Assembly: GCA_963824065.1 (NCBI GenBank)
Contig: CAWGNX010000002.1
Location: 1,153,836 to 1,217,835, forward strand
From: an uncultured Chloroflexia bacterium
Lineage (GTDB): Bacteria; Chloroflexota; Anaerolineae; Anaerolineales; DRKV01
Reading direction: 5' to 3'
DNA length: 64,000 nucleotides
The position numbers and the translations under genes were made by a program. This document shows positions 29,237 to 39,189 of the stretch, one piece after another. The notes below the pieces were generated by a model. The model worked only from the letters and a program-made list of their open reading frames with translations. It had not been told where the DNA came from and searched no databases. Position 1 is the first letter of the stretch, and the number at the start of each line of letters is the position of its first letter.

Positions 29237-30541
29237 TCAAGCCTCCTGAGCCAATATTTTGGGTTCTTCTTGTTCAGTAAACAATTTACGTAAGAGCAAA
29301 GGCGTCAGTAATGTTGTTATCAGAACGACACCAACAACAGCAGTAAACATCCCTCCTGTGATTATTCCCTGACTGATTCCCTGGTTTGCGACGATCAAGC
29401 CGACCTCTCCGCGGGACATCATTCCAACACCCAGCTGGAGAGATTCCCTGTTCGAAAATCCCGCGACTTTCCCGCCAATACCAGCACCAAGTACCTTTCC
29501 AATGATTGCACCAATTGTCATGATGACAAATAATCCAAACGTAGCTAGTGTAAACTCCCTGAGGTTCGCCGCCAGGCCGACGCTGACGAAAAAAATAGGC
29601 ACAAAGATTCCATATGCAACCGTGGAGATCTCTTGTTCAATCCGGTCGCGAAGCGGACTGCGCGGAAATAACAATCCTGCGATAAATGCCCCGGTGATAG
29701 GCGCCATCTGCCCAATCACCTCTGCCAACCAGGCGAACACCAGCATAATGACAAACACAAATGCCAATAAACCTCGACTGATCGGCAATCTCTCAATCCG
29801 AGAGGACAATTTAGGCAGAATAAAATAGCCAAAACCGAGAGCGAGAGCCAGATAAAGAGTCATGCGTAGAAAAATCACTAAGATTGTCGCGAAACCCCCT
29901 CCAGATCCAAGAAAAATTGCAAAAAAGATTGAGATTCCCAACACAACGAGAATATCATCGAAAACCGCAGCACCCAGCATTCCGATACCCACGCGTGTAC
30001 GTAGTTTGCCGAGCTCCATCAGCGTTTGTGCAGAGATACTCACACTCGTTGCCGCCAACACAAGTCCAATAAATATCGCTTCTTCCGGACCAAAATTATA
30101 GAAAATACCTGTTCCAAATCCAAGGATAAGTGGAAATACAACCCCAAGTACACCCGCAAATAGTGCTACTTTCCCCGATTTTGCCAGGTCTGATAAATGC
30201 AAGTCCAGACCAGCAATGAACATCAAAAGCAGGACCCCAATTTCTGCTAATTGGTTGATCTCTGATCCAAGAATGTCGTATGTAAAATCAGATGAGTATG
30301 TAAAAATTTGCCAATGTAAAAAGTTTAATAATGATGGCCCTATCAAAATCCCAATGATCAATTCACCGAGTACCGCGGGTTGGTGTAAGCGTAGGCTGAT
30401 GTAACCACCGATTTTTGCCGCGGCAATAATTACTGCTAATGCAATCGCAAGGTTTAGAAATGAATTTACTTCTACAGCACCGGCTCCAACGACATCAAAT
30501 TGAATTAATAGTTTTTGTACAAGGATTACATCATTTCCCAT
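29237..30541 (-). CDS. cation:proton antiporter (CPA2-type)
   Basis: About 434 aa, polytopic, with GELIIGILIGPS...AEIGVLLLMFIAGL motifs. The start MGNDVIL at 30541 has a GAGGA Shine-Dalgarno. The TTG at 30595 is less likely. Confidence 0.8.
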   Translation of the reverse strand: MGNDVILVQKLLIQFDVVGAGAVEVNSFLNLAIALAVIIAAAKIGGYISLRLHQPAVLGELIIGILIGPSLLNFLHWQIFTYSSDFTYDILGSEINQLAEIGVLLLMFIAGLDLHLSDLAKSGKVALFAGVLGVVFPLILGFGTGIFYNFGPEEAIFIGLVLAATSVSISAQTLMELGKLRTRVGIGMLGAAVFDDILVVLGISIFFAIFLGSGGGFATILVIFLRMTLYLALALGFGYFILPKLSSRIERLPISRGLLAFVFVIMLVFAWLAEVIGQMAPITGAFIAGLLFPRSPLRDRIEQEISTVAYGIFVPIFFVSVGLAANLREFTLATFGLFVIMTIGAIIGKVLGAGIGGKVAGFSNRESLQLGVGMMSRGEVGLIVANQGISQGIITGGMFTAVVGVVLITTLLTPLLLRKLFTEQEEPKILAQEA

Positions 30542-30683
30542 GTTTTCCTCAATTATTCTCGGAAATAATTCACATGTGATCACGGGTTCTAGCAAAAATT
30601 AACTGATTGGATTACAAGGTCTAAAACTTGCATCTTTATACCACGGGTTTAGAACAAAATCATGGAACAATGGGAGGTTAATC

Positions 30684-31604
30684 ATGATCCAGCACCCGAT
30701 TGGAACCGTCGTAAAGTTAACTGATCTAACAAACTATCAAAGTTGTATAAACAGGATTAGGAGTAGCCCACCTCCATACCGGATTACTGTGGGTGAGCTT
30801 GATGAAATATCACCTGATACGAAACTTCTTCAGGAACCAGATGGCAAGTTATCAATTGATTCCAACCAGCAATTACACCAAAATTTGGACATTTCAAAAT
30901 CCCGCATCGAAAACAGTAGCAATTTCAGGAACGACTTGCAGCAAATTGAGCATGATGTTCGCTCAGCAACGAGCATAATTCTTGGATATGCGGAACTTAT
31001 TGATTCCGGGGATTTGGGCGAGACAACTCCAAATCAAAAAAAAGCAGCCCAGGCGATTGCAAACAAATCACAAGCCTTGAAAAATTCGCTGAACAAAATC
31101 AGCCTGTATGCAGCCTTAATCACGGGTTCGTATATGTGGCTTGACTTCGAACTTGATCAATTACTATTGAATTCGTTTTCCGAATTCCAGAAAATCGGTG
31201 ATGCCAGCCAAGTTTCGATCAGAAAAAATATTTTGGTCCAGGAAGGTTGGGTTCAAGGCGATCCGGAGTTGGTTCGGGCTGCAATACTGTGCCTGGTAGA
31301 AAATGCGGCTCGGATGAGTCCGCCCAAATACGCAATCTGGCTGATTTTATCCAAAAAAGGCAAATATTTTGATCTGGCAATAGTTGCGGATGAAGACAAT
31401 TTCTTCCCTCCAGATATATACAACAAAACGCAATGCAAGGCGGGCAGCATGTCTGACTTTCATGACCTGCATGGGAATACCGGAGTAGATATTTCTCTGG
31501 CACGGGAAATTATTGAAACATTCGGAGGTAAACTAACCATTCTTCGTCAACCTGGCTTTGGCGTTTGTTTCCACGTTTATCTTCCCAATCAATTATTAGA
31601 TTAA
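30684..31604 (+). CDS. soluble histidine kinase-like protein (orphan)
   Basis: H-box EHDVRSATSIILGYAELI and N-box LVENAARMS are present. The G1 box is degenerate, and a G2-like GNTGVDISLAREI is present. There are no TM segments and no adjacent response regulator. Confidence 0.65.
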   Translation: MIQHPIGTVVKLTDLTNYQSCINRIRSSPPPYRITVGELDEISPDTKLLQEPDGKLSIDSNQQLHQNLDISKSRIENSSNFRNDLQQIEHDVRSATSIILGYAELIDSGDLGETTPNQKKAAQAIANKSQALKNSLNKISLYAALITGSYMWLDFELDQLLLNSFSEFQKIGDASQVSIRKNILVQEGWVQGDPELVRAAILCLVENAARMSPPKYAIWLILSKKGKYFDLAIVADEDNFFPPDIYNKTQCKAGSMSDFHDLHGNTGVDISLAREIIETFGGKLTILRQPGFGVCFHVYLPNQLLD

Positions 31605-31706
31605 TCCCCAATAACTCGCCCGCGCTGGGATATATGATCGAATGGAGGCATAATTCTTGGTATACAATATTAATTAGGTCTGAAGCACGATCGGAGATAA
31701 ACAATT

Positions 31707-32564
31707 ATGAACAGGCTTACCAACAGCTGGGAATTAATCAAAGCCAGTAGTGGTGTTTTAATCTCGGATAAAGAATTGATGATCTTTCCTTTGGTCTCCT
31801 CCATCGGTACCCTGATCGTGACTTTGACATTTGCCTTACCCATGTTCCTGAGTGGCCTTGTTCAATCAATGATTTCAGATGTACCTGGCTCACAGTTTAT
31901 CGGTTTCATTGTCTTATTTGTGTTCTATATTTTCCAATATTTTGTGATTATCTTTTCGAATTCAGCGTTGGTTGGTGCAGCAATGATCCGCCTGAATGGC
32001 GGGGATCCAACTGTTGGGGATGGATTCCGAATTGCAGTTTCACACCTAGGTGCAATTTTCGGTTATGCGGTAATTTCAGCAACCGTCGGCACAATTCTGC
32101 GCATGATTTCAGAACGGAGCAGTACCCTGGGGAGATTCGTAATCTCATTGGTTGGACTGGGATGGAATATTGCCACTTTTCTCGTTGTCCCGGTGGTGGT
32201 CATCGAAAATATTGGCCCCCTCGATGCCATTAAACGCAGTGTAAATCTACTAAAAAAGACATGGGGAGAACAAATCGTCGGAAATCTCAGCCTAGGATTT
32301 GTCTTCGGATTGATCACAATCGTTCTCTTAATTGTTAGCATCCCGATAACCATTCTGCTGGTGACTAACGGAATTTATTGGCTTGCGATTGCGTTCATCA
32401 TAATCCTTATTTTTGCGCTTACATTTCTTGGACTAATTCAGGGAACCTTAAATGGTATTTTTACAGCTGCAGTTTATAAATTTGCGACCGAAGGGAATTC
32501 CAGCACTTTTTTCCCACCTGAATTGATTGAAAACGCGTTCATTGCAAAAAAACAAATAGAATAA
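31707..32564 (+). CDS. polytopic membrane protein (resembles the DUF6159 family)
   Basis: 285 aa. The N-terminus NSWELIKASSGVLISDKELMIFPLVS is followed by about 6 TM helices. The family assignment is from memory and is not verified. Confidence 0.45.
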   Translation: MNRLTNSWELIKASSGVLISDKELMIFPLVSSIGTLIVTLTFALPMFLSGLVQSMISDVPGSQFIGFIVLFVFYIFQYFVIIFSNSALVGAAMIRLNGGDPTVGDGFRIAVSHLGAIFGYAVISATVGTILRMISERSSTLGRFVISLVGLGWNIATFLVVPVVVIENIGPLDAIKRSVNLLKKTWGEQIVGNLSLGFVFGLITIVLLIVSIPITILLVTNGIYWLAIAFIIILIFALTFLGLIQGTLNGIFTAAVYKFATEGNSSTFFPPELIENAFIAKKQIE

Positions 32565-32885
32565 ATCATGTATGTAAATCGAGATAGAGACCGGCATTAG
32601 GTGATTTTCGGTTAATTTCCAACTTGCTGGGCATTTCTCAGCTCCTCAGACCGATCTTTGATTTTGATTGATAGTTATTTGTATAAAAGTGATATGAAGC
32701 GACGACAATAATTTCTTAAACACTTTCCATCTTGAATAAAAGAACCGCTCTAAGATCCCAAACTTAATGGTTTGCAAATGATTCACAAAGCGTTGGTAAC
32801 GATATCAATTGCAATCGGTACCGACACCCCGGGTTAGGCAGGAACCACCACCGCTGCATGGATTCTATCTACCTAAAATTCTTTC

Positions 32886-32932
32886 TTGACTTTTAGCAGT
32901 GGATTAATTATATTAAATTGGAAACGTTTCCA
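32886..32932 (+). promoter_or_regulatory. promoter plus perfect LacI-type operator upstream of the first LacI gene
   Basis: TTGACT (32886-32891), 17 nt, then TATATT (32909-32914). The perfect 14-bp palindrome TGGAAACGTTTCCA follows at 32919-32932. Confidence 0.65.
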
Positions 32933-32953
32933 GTCAGACCCATCGATTAATCC

Positions 32954-33970
32954 ATGACAGTCACAATCAAAGAAGTAGCCAAAAAAGCCGGAGTTGGCAT
33001 CGGGACAGTATCACGTGCATTCAACCAAAGCCCATTAGTAAGCCAGGATACACAGCAAAAAGTCCTGAATGCTGCCAGAGAGCTCGGATACTACCCGGAT
33101 GCCTCTGCTCGCCGTTTGGTTAAGCGCAAATCGCAGACATTGGCATTCATTGAACGCCATTCTGCAGATGACCTTTATATTGACGCATTCTTGGCTGAGG
33201 TTATCCGCGGCGCACATCGGGTTGCACGCCAGGCTGGTTATCATATTTTGATTGAGCCGGCATCAGAGGTCGATCAGAATAATAAACAAATTTTGGATTT
33301 GGTACGTGAGAAACATGCCGACGGATTGATAATTTCTGGACCACGCATTGATGATCCATTGATCGCGCTACTTCGCCGGGAAGGAATACCAGTAGTGCTG
33401 CAAGGAAATTTGCCTGACAGTGGTTTGCCAAGTGTCGATGCAGATAACCTAGGTGGGGCTGTCCTTGCTGTGAATCATCTACTAAGCCATGGGCATAAAC
33501 GAATTGGCATGATAACCAATGGTCCTTTGGCCTACACCGCTGCCTCAGATCGGTTAGCAGGGTATAAAAGTGCTCTCACCAATGCTGGGGTCGCCTTTGA
33601 CAGCCAACTGGTAAAGGTGGGCAATTTTAGCCCGGGGAGTGGCATATTTGCCATGTCTGAACTTTTAAACCAGCCATCCCCACCAACAGCCGTTTTTGTC
33701 GCCAGTGATACCGTTGCTATCGGTGCTGTGCAGGCGATCCGCGATGCAGATCTGGATATACCCGCTGACATTGCCCTGGTTGGTTTTGATGATATTCCCT
33801 GGGCCGCCTATACGAACCCTGGTATCACTACGATTCGTTTACCCGCCTTAGAAATTGGTCGGCGGGTAGCTATGCTCCTCATCGCTTTGTTAGAAAAAGA
33901 TCAAGCTGAACCACAGGAAATTTACCTTGGGACCCAATTGATTATTCGTGAATCATGTGGGGTTCACTAG
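32954..33970 (+). CDS. LacI-family transcriptional regulator
   Basis: The N-terminal HTH reads VTIKEVAKKAGVGIGTVSRAFN and is followed by a periplasmic-binding-like sugar domain. Confidence 0.9.
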   Translation: MTVTIKEVAKKAGVGIGTVSRAFNQSPLVSQDTQQKVLNAARELGYYPDASARRLVKRKSQTLAFIERHSADDLYIDAFLAEVIRGAHRVARQAGYHILIEPASEVDQNNKQILDLVREKHADGLIISGPRIDDPLIALLRREGIPVVLQGNLPDSGLPSVDADNLGGAVLAVNHLLSHGHKRIGMITNGPLAYTAASDRLAGYKSALTNAGVAFDSQLVKVGNFSPGSGIFAMSELLNQPSPPTAVFVASDTVAIGAVQAIRDADLDIPADIALVGFDDIPWAAYTNPGITTIRLPALEIGRRVAMLLIALLEKDQAEPQEIYLGTQLIIRESCGVH

Positions 33971-34033
33971 TTTCACTTAATTTATCCCGTACCTTAACAA
34001 TCTCATAAACGAAATAAGGCCAATTAGTAAAAG

Positions 34034-34090
34034 TTGACAATTGTTATGGGAATTGCTACAATGAAACCGGTTGCAATGAAACCGGTATCA
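34034..34090 (+). promoter_or_regulatory. promoter plus tandem LacI-type half-palindromic sites at the start of the second LacI gene
   Basis: TTGACA (34034-34039), 17 nt, then TACAAT (34057-34062). The 15-nt unit ATGAAACCGGT(TGCA/ATCA) is duplicated at 34061-34090. The first copy contains TGAAACCGGTTGCA, a 12/14 palindrome. Confidence 0.55.
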
Positions 34091-35119
34091 AAGAACACGC
34101 CCCCTACGATTCGAGATGTTGCCCAGGCTGCGGGTGTTTCACCCGGCACAGTCTCGAGGGTGCTTAATAACAGTTCACTCGTTACAGATGCAACTCGCAC
34201 GAAGGTCCTCGATATTGTTGAAGCTCTAGATTACCGCCCCAACTTGATTGCCAGACGCCTCTCCATTGGCAAAACACTTCGCATTGGAGCAATTGTTTAT
34301 CAGTTTGCTCGCCCGGCGGAAATTGAGAGGCTCAAAGGGGTAGTCAGCGTTCTTTCTGACAGCCAATACGATCTGGTGATCCATAATGTCGAAACTTTGG
34401 TTGAACGCGACCTCTATTTCCACCAGGTACCCCACAAAGAACATGTGGATGGGGTTATCGTTATCTCCTTGCCCCCCGATGATGAAACAATTAACCGGCT
34501 CGTTGAATCCGATGTGTCAATCGTTTTTATTGATGTTCAGCGAGAAGGGATTGAAAAATTTAATCGCGTCATCAGCAATGATTTTCGGGGTGGCCAGATG
34601 GCGACCCGCTATCTGATCGATCTCGGACACCAGCGAATTGGTTTCGTGGGAGATCAACGAGAAAGTGGATTTAATTTTACTTCCAGCCATGACCGCCTGC
34701 TGGGATATCAGCAGGCAATCCAATCAGCCGGTTATTCCATTGTTCCCGAACATATCGCCCATGACAAGCATGACAGGTATGCCGCTCACCTTGTTTCGGA
34801 AAAGATGTTATCCAGCAGTAACCGGCCAACGGCGATCTTTGCCGCCAGTGACACCCAGGCGATGGGAGTGATGACTGCGGCGAGAAGCCTCGGCCTGTCA
34901 GTCCCCCAAGATCTGGCGATCATTGGGTATGATGACATCGAAATTGCTGAATATTTGGGATTGACCACAATCAGGCAAAAGTTATTTGAATCTGGCCAGA
35001 TTGGTGCAGACATGCTGCTTGAACGGATACTAAATCCGGATGATGAAGTCAAGCAATTTCAAATTCAGAATGAGCTGATCATTCGCTCAACAACTTGTTC
35101 GCTGGAGATCAATCGATAA
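34076..35119 (+). CDS. LacI-family transcriptional regulator
   Basis: HTH PTIRDVAQAAGVSPGTVSRVLN. The start is placed at the second ATG (34076) because the TTG at 34034 is the -35 hexamer and the ATG at 34061 overlaps the -10. The start is uncertain. Confidence 0.85.
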   Translation: MKPVSKNTPPTIRDVAQAAGVSPGTVSRVLNNSSLVTDATRTKVLDIVEALDYRPNLIARRLSIGKTLRIGAIVYQFARPAEIERLKGVVSVLSDSQYDLVIHNVETLVERDLYFHQVPHKEHVDGVIVISLPPDDETINRLVESDVSIVFIDVQREGIEKFNRVISNDFRGGQMATRYLIDLGHQRIGFVGDQRESGFNFTSSHDRLLGYQQAIQSAGYSIVPEHIAHDKHDRYAAHLVSEKMLSSSNRPTAIFAASDTQAMGVMTAARSLGLSVPQDLAIIGYDDIEIAEYLGLTTIRQKLFESGQIGADMLLERILNPDDEVKQFQIQNELIIRSTTCSLEINR

Positions 35120-35239
35120 TATTGCGAGCACAGGTACAAGTATTCAGGCTATTCAAAGAAAGGAGGCTGATGACCCAGATTGTTCTGTTAATCAACACTC
35201 ATCAACAACAACCCATCTCAATTTAAGAGGAAGAGAATC

Positions 35240-36649
35240 ATGAAATCCAATAAATCCCTTTGGTTCATTCTATCGGTGCTGGTTGTGGCATCTATGGTCC
35301 TGGCAGCCTGCCAGCCAGCAGCCACACCTACCCCGGCAGCAACGGAACCACCAGCCACCGAACCGACAAGCGGTGGTGAAATGCCCGCAGTTGATTTCGA
35401 CTATCCCGCGGGTGGCTATTTAGAGCGCGCCTTGTCAGGTGAGTTTAAAGGCACAACGGTCAGTGTCGATGGACCATTTGTTGAGCCTGATACAACCCTT
35501 TTCAATGAATCAATGGCTGCCTTTGAAGAAGCCACCGGCATTGACGTCAACTATATCGGCGACAAGGAGTTTGAAGCACGATTATCGATCGCAGTGGATG
35601 CAGGCAATCCACCCGATATTGTTGACTTCCCCCAGCCGGGTAAAGCTGCACAATATGCTCGCCAGGGGCACATCGTCTCACCCACAGAATGGATGAGCAA
35701 TGACTGGCTCACACAGCAGTACAACCAGTCCTGGATCGACATGACTAAGCTTGAAGGACCAGATGGCAATCCCATGATTGCAGCCGTCTTCCACCGCTTC
35801 AATGGGAAATCACTGGTCTGGTATCCGAAAGCTGCCTTTGACGCCGCTGGTTATACCATCCCAACTACCTGGGACGATCTACTGGCACTCACTCAGCAGA
35901 TCGCCGATGATGGCGATACAGCCTGGTGCATTGGCATCGGGTCGGGGGCTGCCACTGGCTGGCCTGCTACCGACTGGACTGAGGAGATGATGCTGCGCAC
36001 CACTTCACTCGAAAACTACGATGCCTGGGTTGCTGGCACCCTGCCCTTCGATTCACCGGAAGTCAAAAAGGCAATCGAAACCTGGAGTGAAATCTGGTTC
36101 AATCCCGAATATGTGTTTGGCGGAACTGAAACAATCGTTTCCACAATGTTTGATGCCTCACCAGCTCCGATGTTCGAAGACCCGCCCCAGTGCTGGCTGC
36201 ACAGGCAGGGCAATTTCATCACCAGTTCCTTCCCTGAAACTGCGGTCTACGGCGTAGACTACGACTTCTTCTACTTCCCGCCTGTCGGTGATCAGTACGG
36301 CAAGCCCTTCCTGGTGGCGGGCGACATCATGTCGATGTTCAACGACCGCCCCGAAGTGCGCGCCTTGATGGAGTACTTCACTGTCCCGCAGTCGGCCTCT
36401 GGCTGGATGGGGAATGGTAGTGCCCTCGCCGCTCACCAGACAGCTACCCCAGATATGTACGGTAACGACCAGGCGGCCGGCATCGCTGCGCTCGTTCAGG
36501 CTGCGACCGCCTTCCGCTTCGACGCCTCAGACCTGATGCCCGGCGAAGTCGGTGCCGGATCCTTCTGGACGGGTATGGTGGACTACGTCTCCGGGACTAC
36601 TGACCTGGATACCGTTTTGAAAGAAATCGACGCCTCCTGGCCAAGATAA
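35240..36649 (+). CDS. ABC transporter sugar-binding lipoprotein (CUT1 family)
   Basis: Signal peptide plus lipobox LAAC, then a Thr/Pro-rich linker. The length (469 aa) and composition are typical of extracellular solute-binding family 1 proteins. Confidence 0.8.
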   Translation: MKSNKSLWFILSVLVVASMVLAACQPAATPTPAATEPPATEPTSGGEMPAVDFDYPAGGYLERALSGEFKGTTVSVDGPFVEPDTTLFNESMAAFEEATGIDVNYIGDKEFEARLSIAVDAGNPPDIVDFPQPGKAAQYARQGHIVSPTEWMSNDWLTQQYNQSWIDMTKLEGPDGNPMIAAVFHRFNGKSLVWYPKAAFDAAGYTIPTTWDDLLALTQQIADDGDTAWCIGIGSGAATGWPATDWTEEMMLRTTSLENYDAWVAGTLPFDSPEVKKAIETWSEIWFNPEYVFGGTETIVSTMFDASPAPMFEDPPQCWLHRQGNFITSSFPETAVYGVDYDFFYFPPVGDQYGKPFLVAGDIMSMFNDRPEVRALMEYFTVPQSASGWMGNGSALAAHQTATPDMYGNDQAAGIAALVQAATAFRFDASDLMPGEVGAGSFWTGMVDYVSGTTDLDTVLKEIDASWPR

Positions 36650-36666
36650 TCCCCTGATCTAAGAAT

Positions 36667-36698
36667 AGGCTGCCAGTCTGAAATATGATTGGCAGCCT
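36667..36698 (+). promoter_or_regulatory. intercistronic stem-loop after the binding-protein gene
   Basis: AGGCTGCCA (36667-36675) pairs with TGGCAGCCT (36690-36698) around a 14-nt loop, with no strong U-tract. It lies between the SBP stop (36649) and the permease start (36719). Confidence 0.5.
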
Positions 36699-36718
36699 GT
36701 TTAACAAGGAGCGGAGAG

Positions 36719-37882
36719 ATGGCACAGATTGATTCTGTGGATGATCGTGGCTTGAGCTTTGGCGCCCGGCTCGTTTCCTGGGTTGGCCGGATTTTTTTTG
36801 CGGTGATCATCCCATTGCTGGCATTCGTCGTAATCTATTATGGGTTTATCTTTTTAAGAGATACAGATGCACCACGCTGGGTTGTGGCATCCGTTGCGAT
36901 TGTCTGGGGTGTCGGAGGTGTGGCGGTCCTCTACTGGGTCTTCAATGGTCTGGTTGAGCGCTTGCCGGATCAATGGCGTCTGCGCCTGATTCCCTTTGTC
37001 TTTGTTGGGCCGGCCCTGGCTATCCTTTTCTGGTACCTGGCATTCCCGGTCGTCAGAACTTTCTGGCTCAGCCTTTTTTGGCGGGATGGCCCTCCCCAGG
37101 GAGCCAATATCATCGAGGCCCTTCAAAGCCCTGCGTTTGTCGGCCTGAGTAATTATGCGACGCTGTTTACCGAACGACTATTGCAGGAAGCTCTACGCAA
37201 CAACCTTATGTGGATTGTGTTTGGCAGCACCTTTTCGGTCATTCTTGGTTTGCTTGTCGCCGTTCTGGCTGACCGGAGCAGGTTTGAGCGGGTCTCCAAG
37301 TCATTAGTCTTCCTGCCCATGGCGATTTCGTTTGTAGGCGCCAGCGTGATCTGGAATTTTATGTATGCAATTCGGCCTGCGGAAGCGACTCAAATTGGTT
37401 TATTGAATGCAATTATTGTCGGTCTAGGTGGGCAACCCTTTGCGTTTGATAAAGCAGTAGCCATCCAACCCTGGAACAACCTGTTTTTGATTGTGATCGT
37501 CATCTGGCTGCAAACCGGTTATTCGATGGTACTCTTCTCGGCTGCATTGAAAGGCATTCCCGAAGAACACCTGGAAGCAGCTCGCGTGGACGGCGCCACG
37601 GAAATACAGATCTTTTTCCGCATCATGATCCCGTCCATCCTGGGTACGATCATCACGGTTTGGACGACCATCGTCATATTCACCTTGAAAATTTTCGACG
37701 TGGTCTGGGTGATGACCGGCGGGCAGTTCGGCACGCACGTGATCGCTACCCAGTTTTACCGGCAGTCATTTACGGCCCGAAACTCCGGTGTCGGTTCCGC
37801 AATCGCCATTATCCTGCTGATTACAGTGATCCCGGTGCTGATCTACAACCTGCGGCAGTTCAAGGAACAGGAGGCATTTTAA
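36719..37882 (+). CDS. ABC sugar transporter permease (MalF-like)
   Basis: Polytopic, with the EAA-type loop EAARVDGATEIQIFFRIMIP. An AAGGAG Shine-Dalgarno precedes the ATG at 36719. Confidence 0.85.
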   Translation: MAQIDSVDDRGLSFGARLVSWVGRIFFAVIIPLLAFVVIYYGFIFLRDTDAPRWVVASVAIVWGVGGVAVLYWVFNGLVERLPDQWRLRLIPFVFVGPALAILFWYLAFPVVRTFWLSLFWRDGPPQGANIIEALQSPAFVGLSNYATLFTERLLQEALRNNLMWIVFGSTFSVILGLLVAVLADRSRFERVSKSLVFLPMAISFVGASVIWNFMYAIRPAEATQIGLLNAIIVGLGGQPFAFDKAVAIQPWNNLFLIVIVIWLQTGYSMVLFSAALKGIPEEHLEAARVDGATEIQIFFRIMIPSILGTIITVWTTIVIFTLKIFDVVWVMTGGQFGTHVIATQFYRQSFTARNSGVGSAIAIILLITVIPVLIYNLRQFKEQEAF

Positions 37883-37883
37883 T

Positions 37884-38978
37884 ATGGCCAAACAATCGCG
37901 AACAAACGTAATCCTGGTGAATGTGTCCTTGCTGCTGCTGGTCATTTTTTGGACAATCCCTACTTTCGGGTTATTGATATCTTCATTCCGCACCCGGTTT
38001 GATATCCAAACTTCCGGTTGGTGGGCGATTTTTCCTCATCGTGAATGGCAGACCGTCGCCACTTTTAATCCTGGTGATTTGGGACTGGACCCCAATGGCG
38101 TGATGCAGGTTGAAGGCGTTGAGGGGACCTTTGATCAGCTGCGTGAAGGAATTCAGACACCGGATGGCAAGCAGATCGTTTGGGTCGGAAACCGCCGCAA
38201 TGGGCGGATCGAGGTCCAGGAACAGAATTGGGCGGTGACCTGGGATTTCACCCTGGATAATTACCGCCAGGTGCTTTCGGGCACTGATGTCAACATCACC
38301 CTCCCCGACGGGAGCACGGAAACTGTCCAAACCCAAAACATGACCCAGGCATTTCTCAACAGTCTGGCAGTATCGATCCCATCCACGATAATCCCAATCT
38401 TGATCGCGGCGTTTGCCGCGTATGGTTTTGCTTGGATGAATTTCCCTGGCCGGCGCCTATTTTTTATCATGGTGGTTGCTCTGCTCGTTGTTCCACTCCA
38501 GATTGCCCTGGTGCCTATTCTCCGTGACTATTCTACATTGCACTTGAATGGGACCTTCCTGGCGGTCTGGCTGGCCCACACTGGATTTGGGTTAGCCCTG
38601 GCAACCTACTTGTTATACAATTACATCAGCACATTGCCAAGAGAAACGATGGAGTCCGCGTTTATTGACGGTGCTTCGCATTTTGTGGTATTCACCAAAC
38701 TGGTGCTCCCTCTATCTGTACCCGCCCTTGCCTCCTTTGCGATTTTCCAGTTCCTGTGGGTGTGGAATGATTATCTGGTGGCACTGACCTTTTTAGGAAC
38801 AGACCCATCTTACAAAGTGTTAACCCAGAGGTTGGCAGATCTCACGGGAACTCTCGGACAAGACTGGCACCTCCTGACTGCCGGGGCATTTGTGACCATG
38901 GTCCTTCCACTGGTTGTGTTCATTGCCCTACAAAGATACTTTGTGCGTGGTTTGACGGCAGGATCTGTTAAAGGATAA
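37884..38978 (+). CDS. ABC sugar transporter permease (MalG-like) with a roughly 110-aa extracytoplasmic insert
   Basis: EAA-type loop ESAFIDGASHFVVFTKLVLP. A long hydrophilic segment lies between TM1 and TM2. Confidence 0.85.
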   Translation: MAKQSRTNVILVNVSLLLLVIFWTIPTFGLLISSFRTRFDIQTSGWWAIFPHREWQTVATFNPGDLGLDPNGVMQVEGVEGTFDQLREGIQTPDGKQIVWVGNRRNGRIEVQEQNWAVTWDFTLDNYRQVLSGTDVNITLPDGSTETVQTQNMTQAFLNSLAVSIPSTIIPILIAAFAAYGFAWMNFPGRRLFFIMVVALLVVPLQIALVPILRDYSTLHLNGTFLAVWLAHTGFGLALATYLLYNYISTLPRETMESAFIDGASHFVVFTKLVLPLSVPALASFAIFQFLWVWNDYLVALTFLGTDPSYKVLTQRLADLTGTLGQDWHLLTAGAFVTMVLPLVVFIALQRYFVRGLTAGSVKG

Positions 38979-39189
38979 ATTCGCCAAACCGACAAATCGT
39001 TATTGATCATCACATAATCACCATCGTTGGCTAACCAGATCAGGCGATCCTGCGATTTGTGACGTGTGCAGATTCGATAATATTTAAACGAATTATCTTT
39101 TTACAACAACCAGCATAGACATTGAATATTATGCATGTGTCTGGTTAAACGTGAGACGAACTCAATGATTAATATCGTTTAATCAGATC

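Noticed and set aside
39080-39189. Three TTAAACG motifs upstream of the small membrane gene and treS, considered as LacI half-sites
   Set aside because: These are only 7-mers in AT-rich DNA with no palindromic partner. Their sequences differ from both LacI operators found at 32919 and 34062. They are too weak to call.
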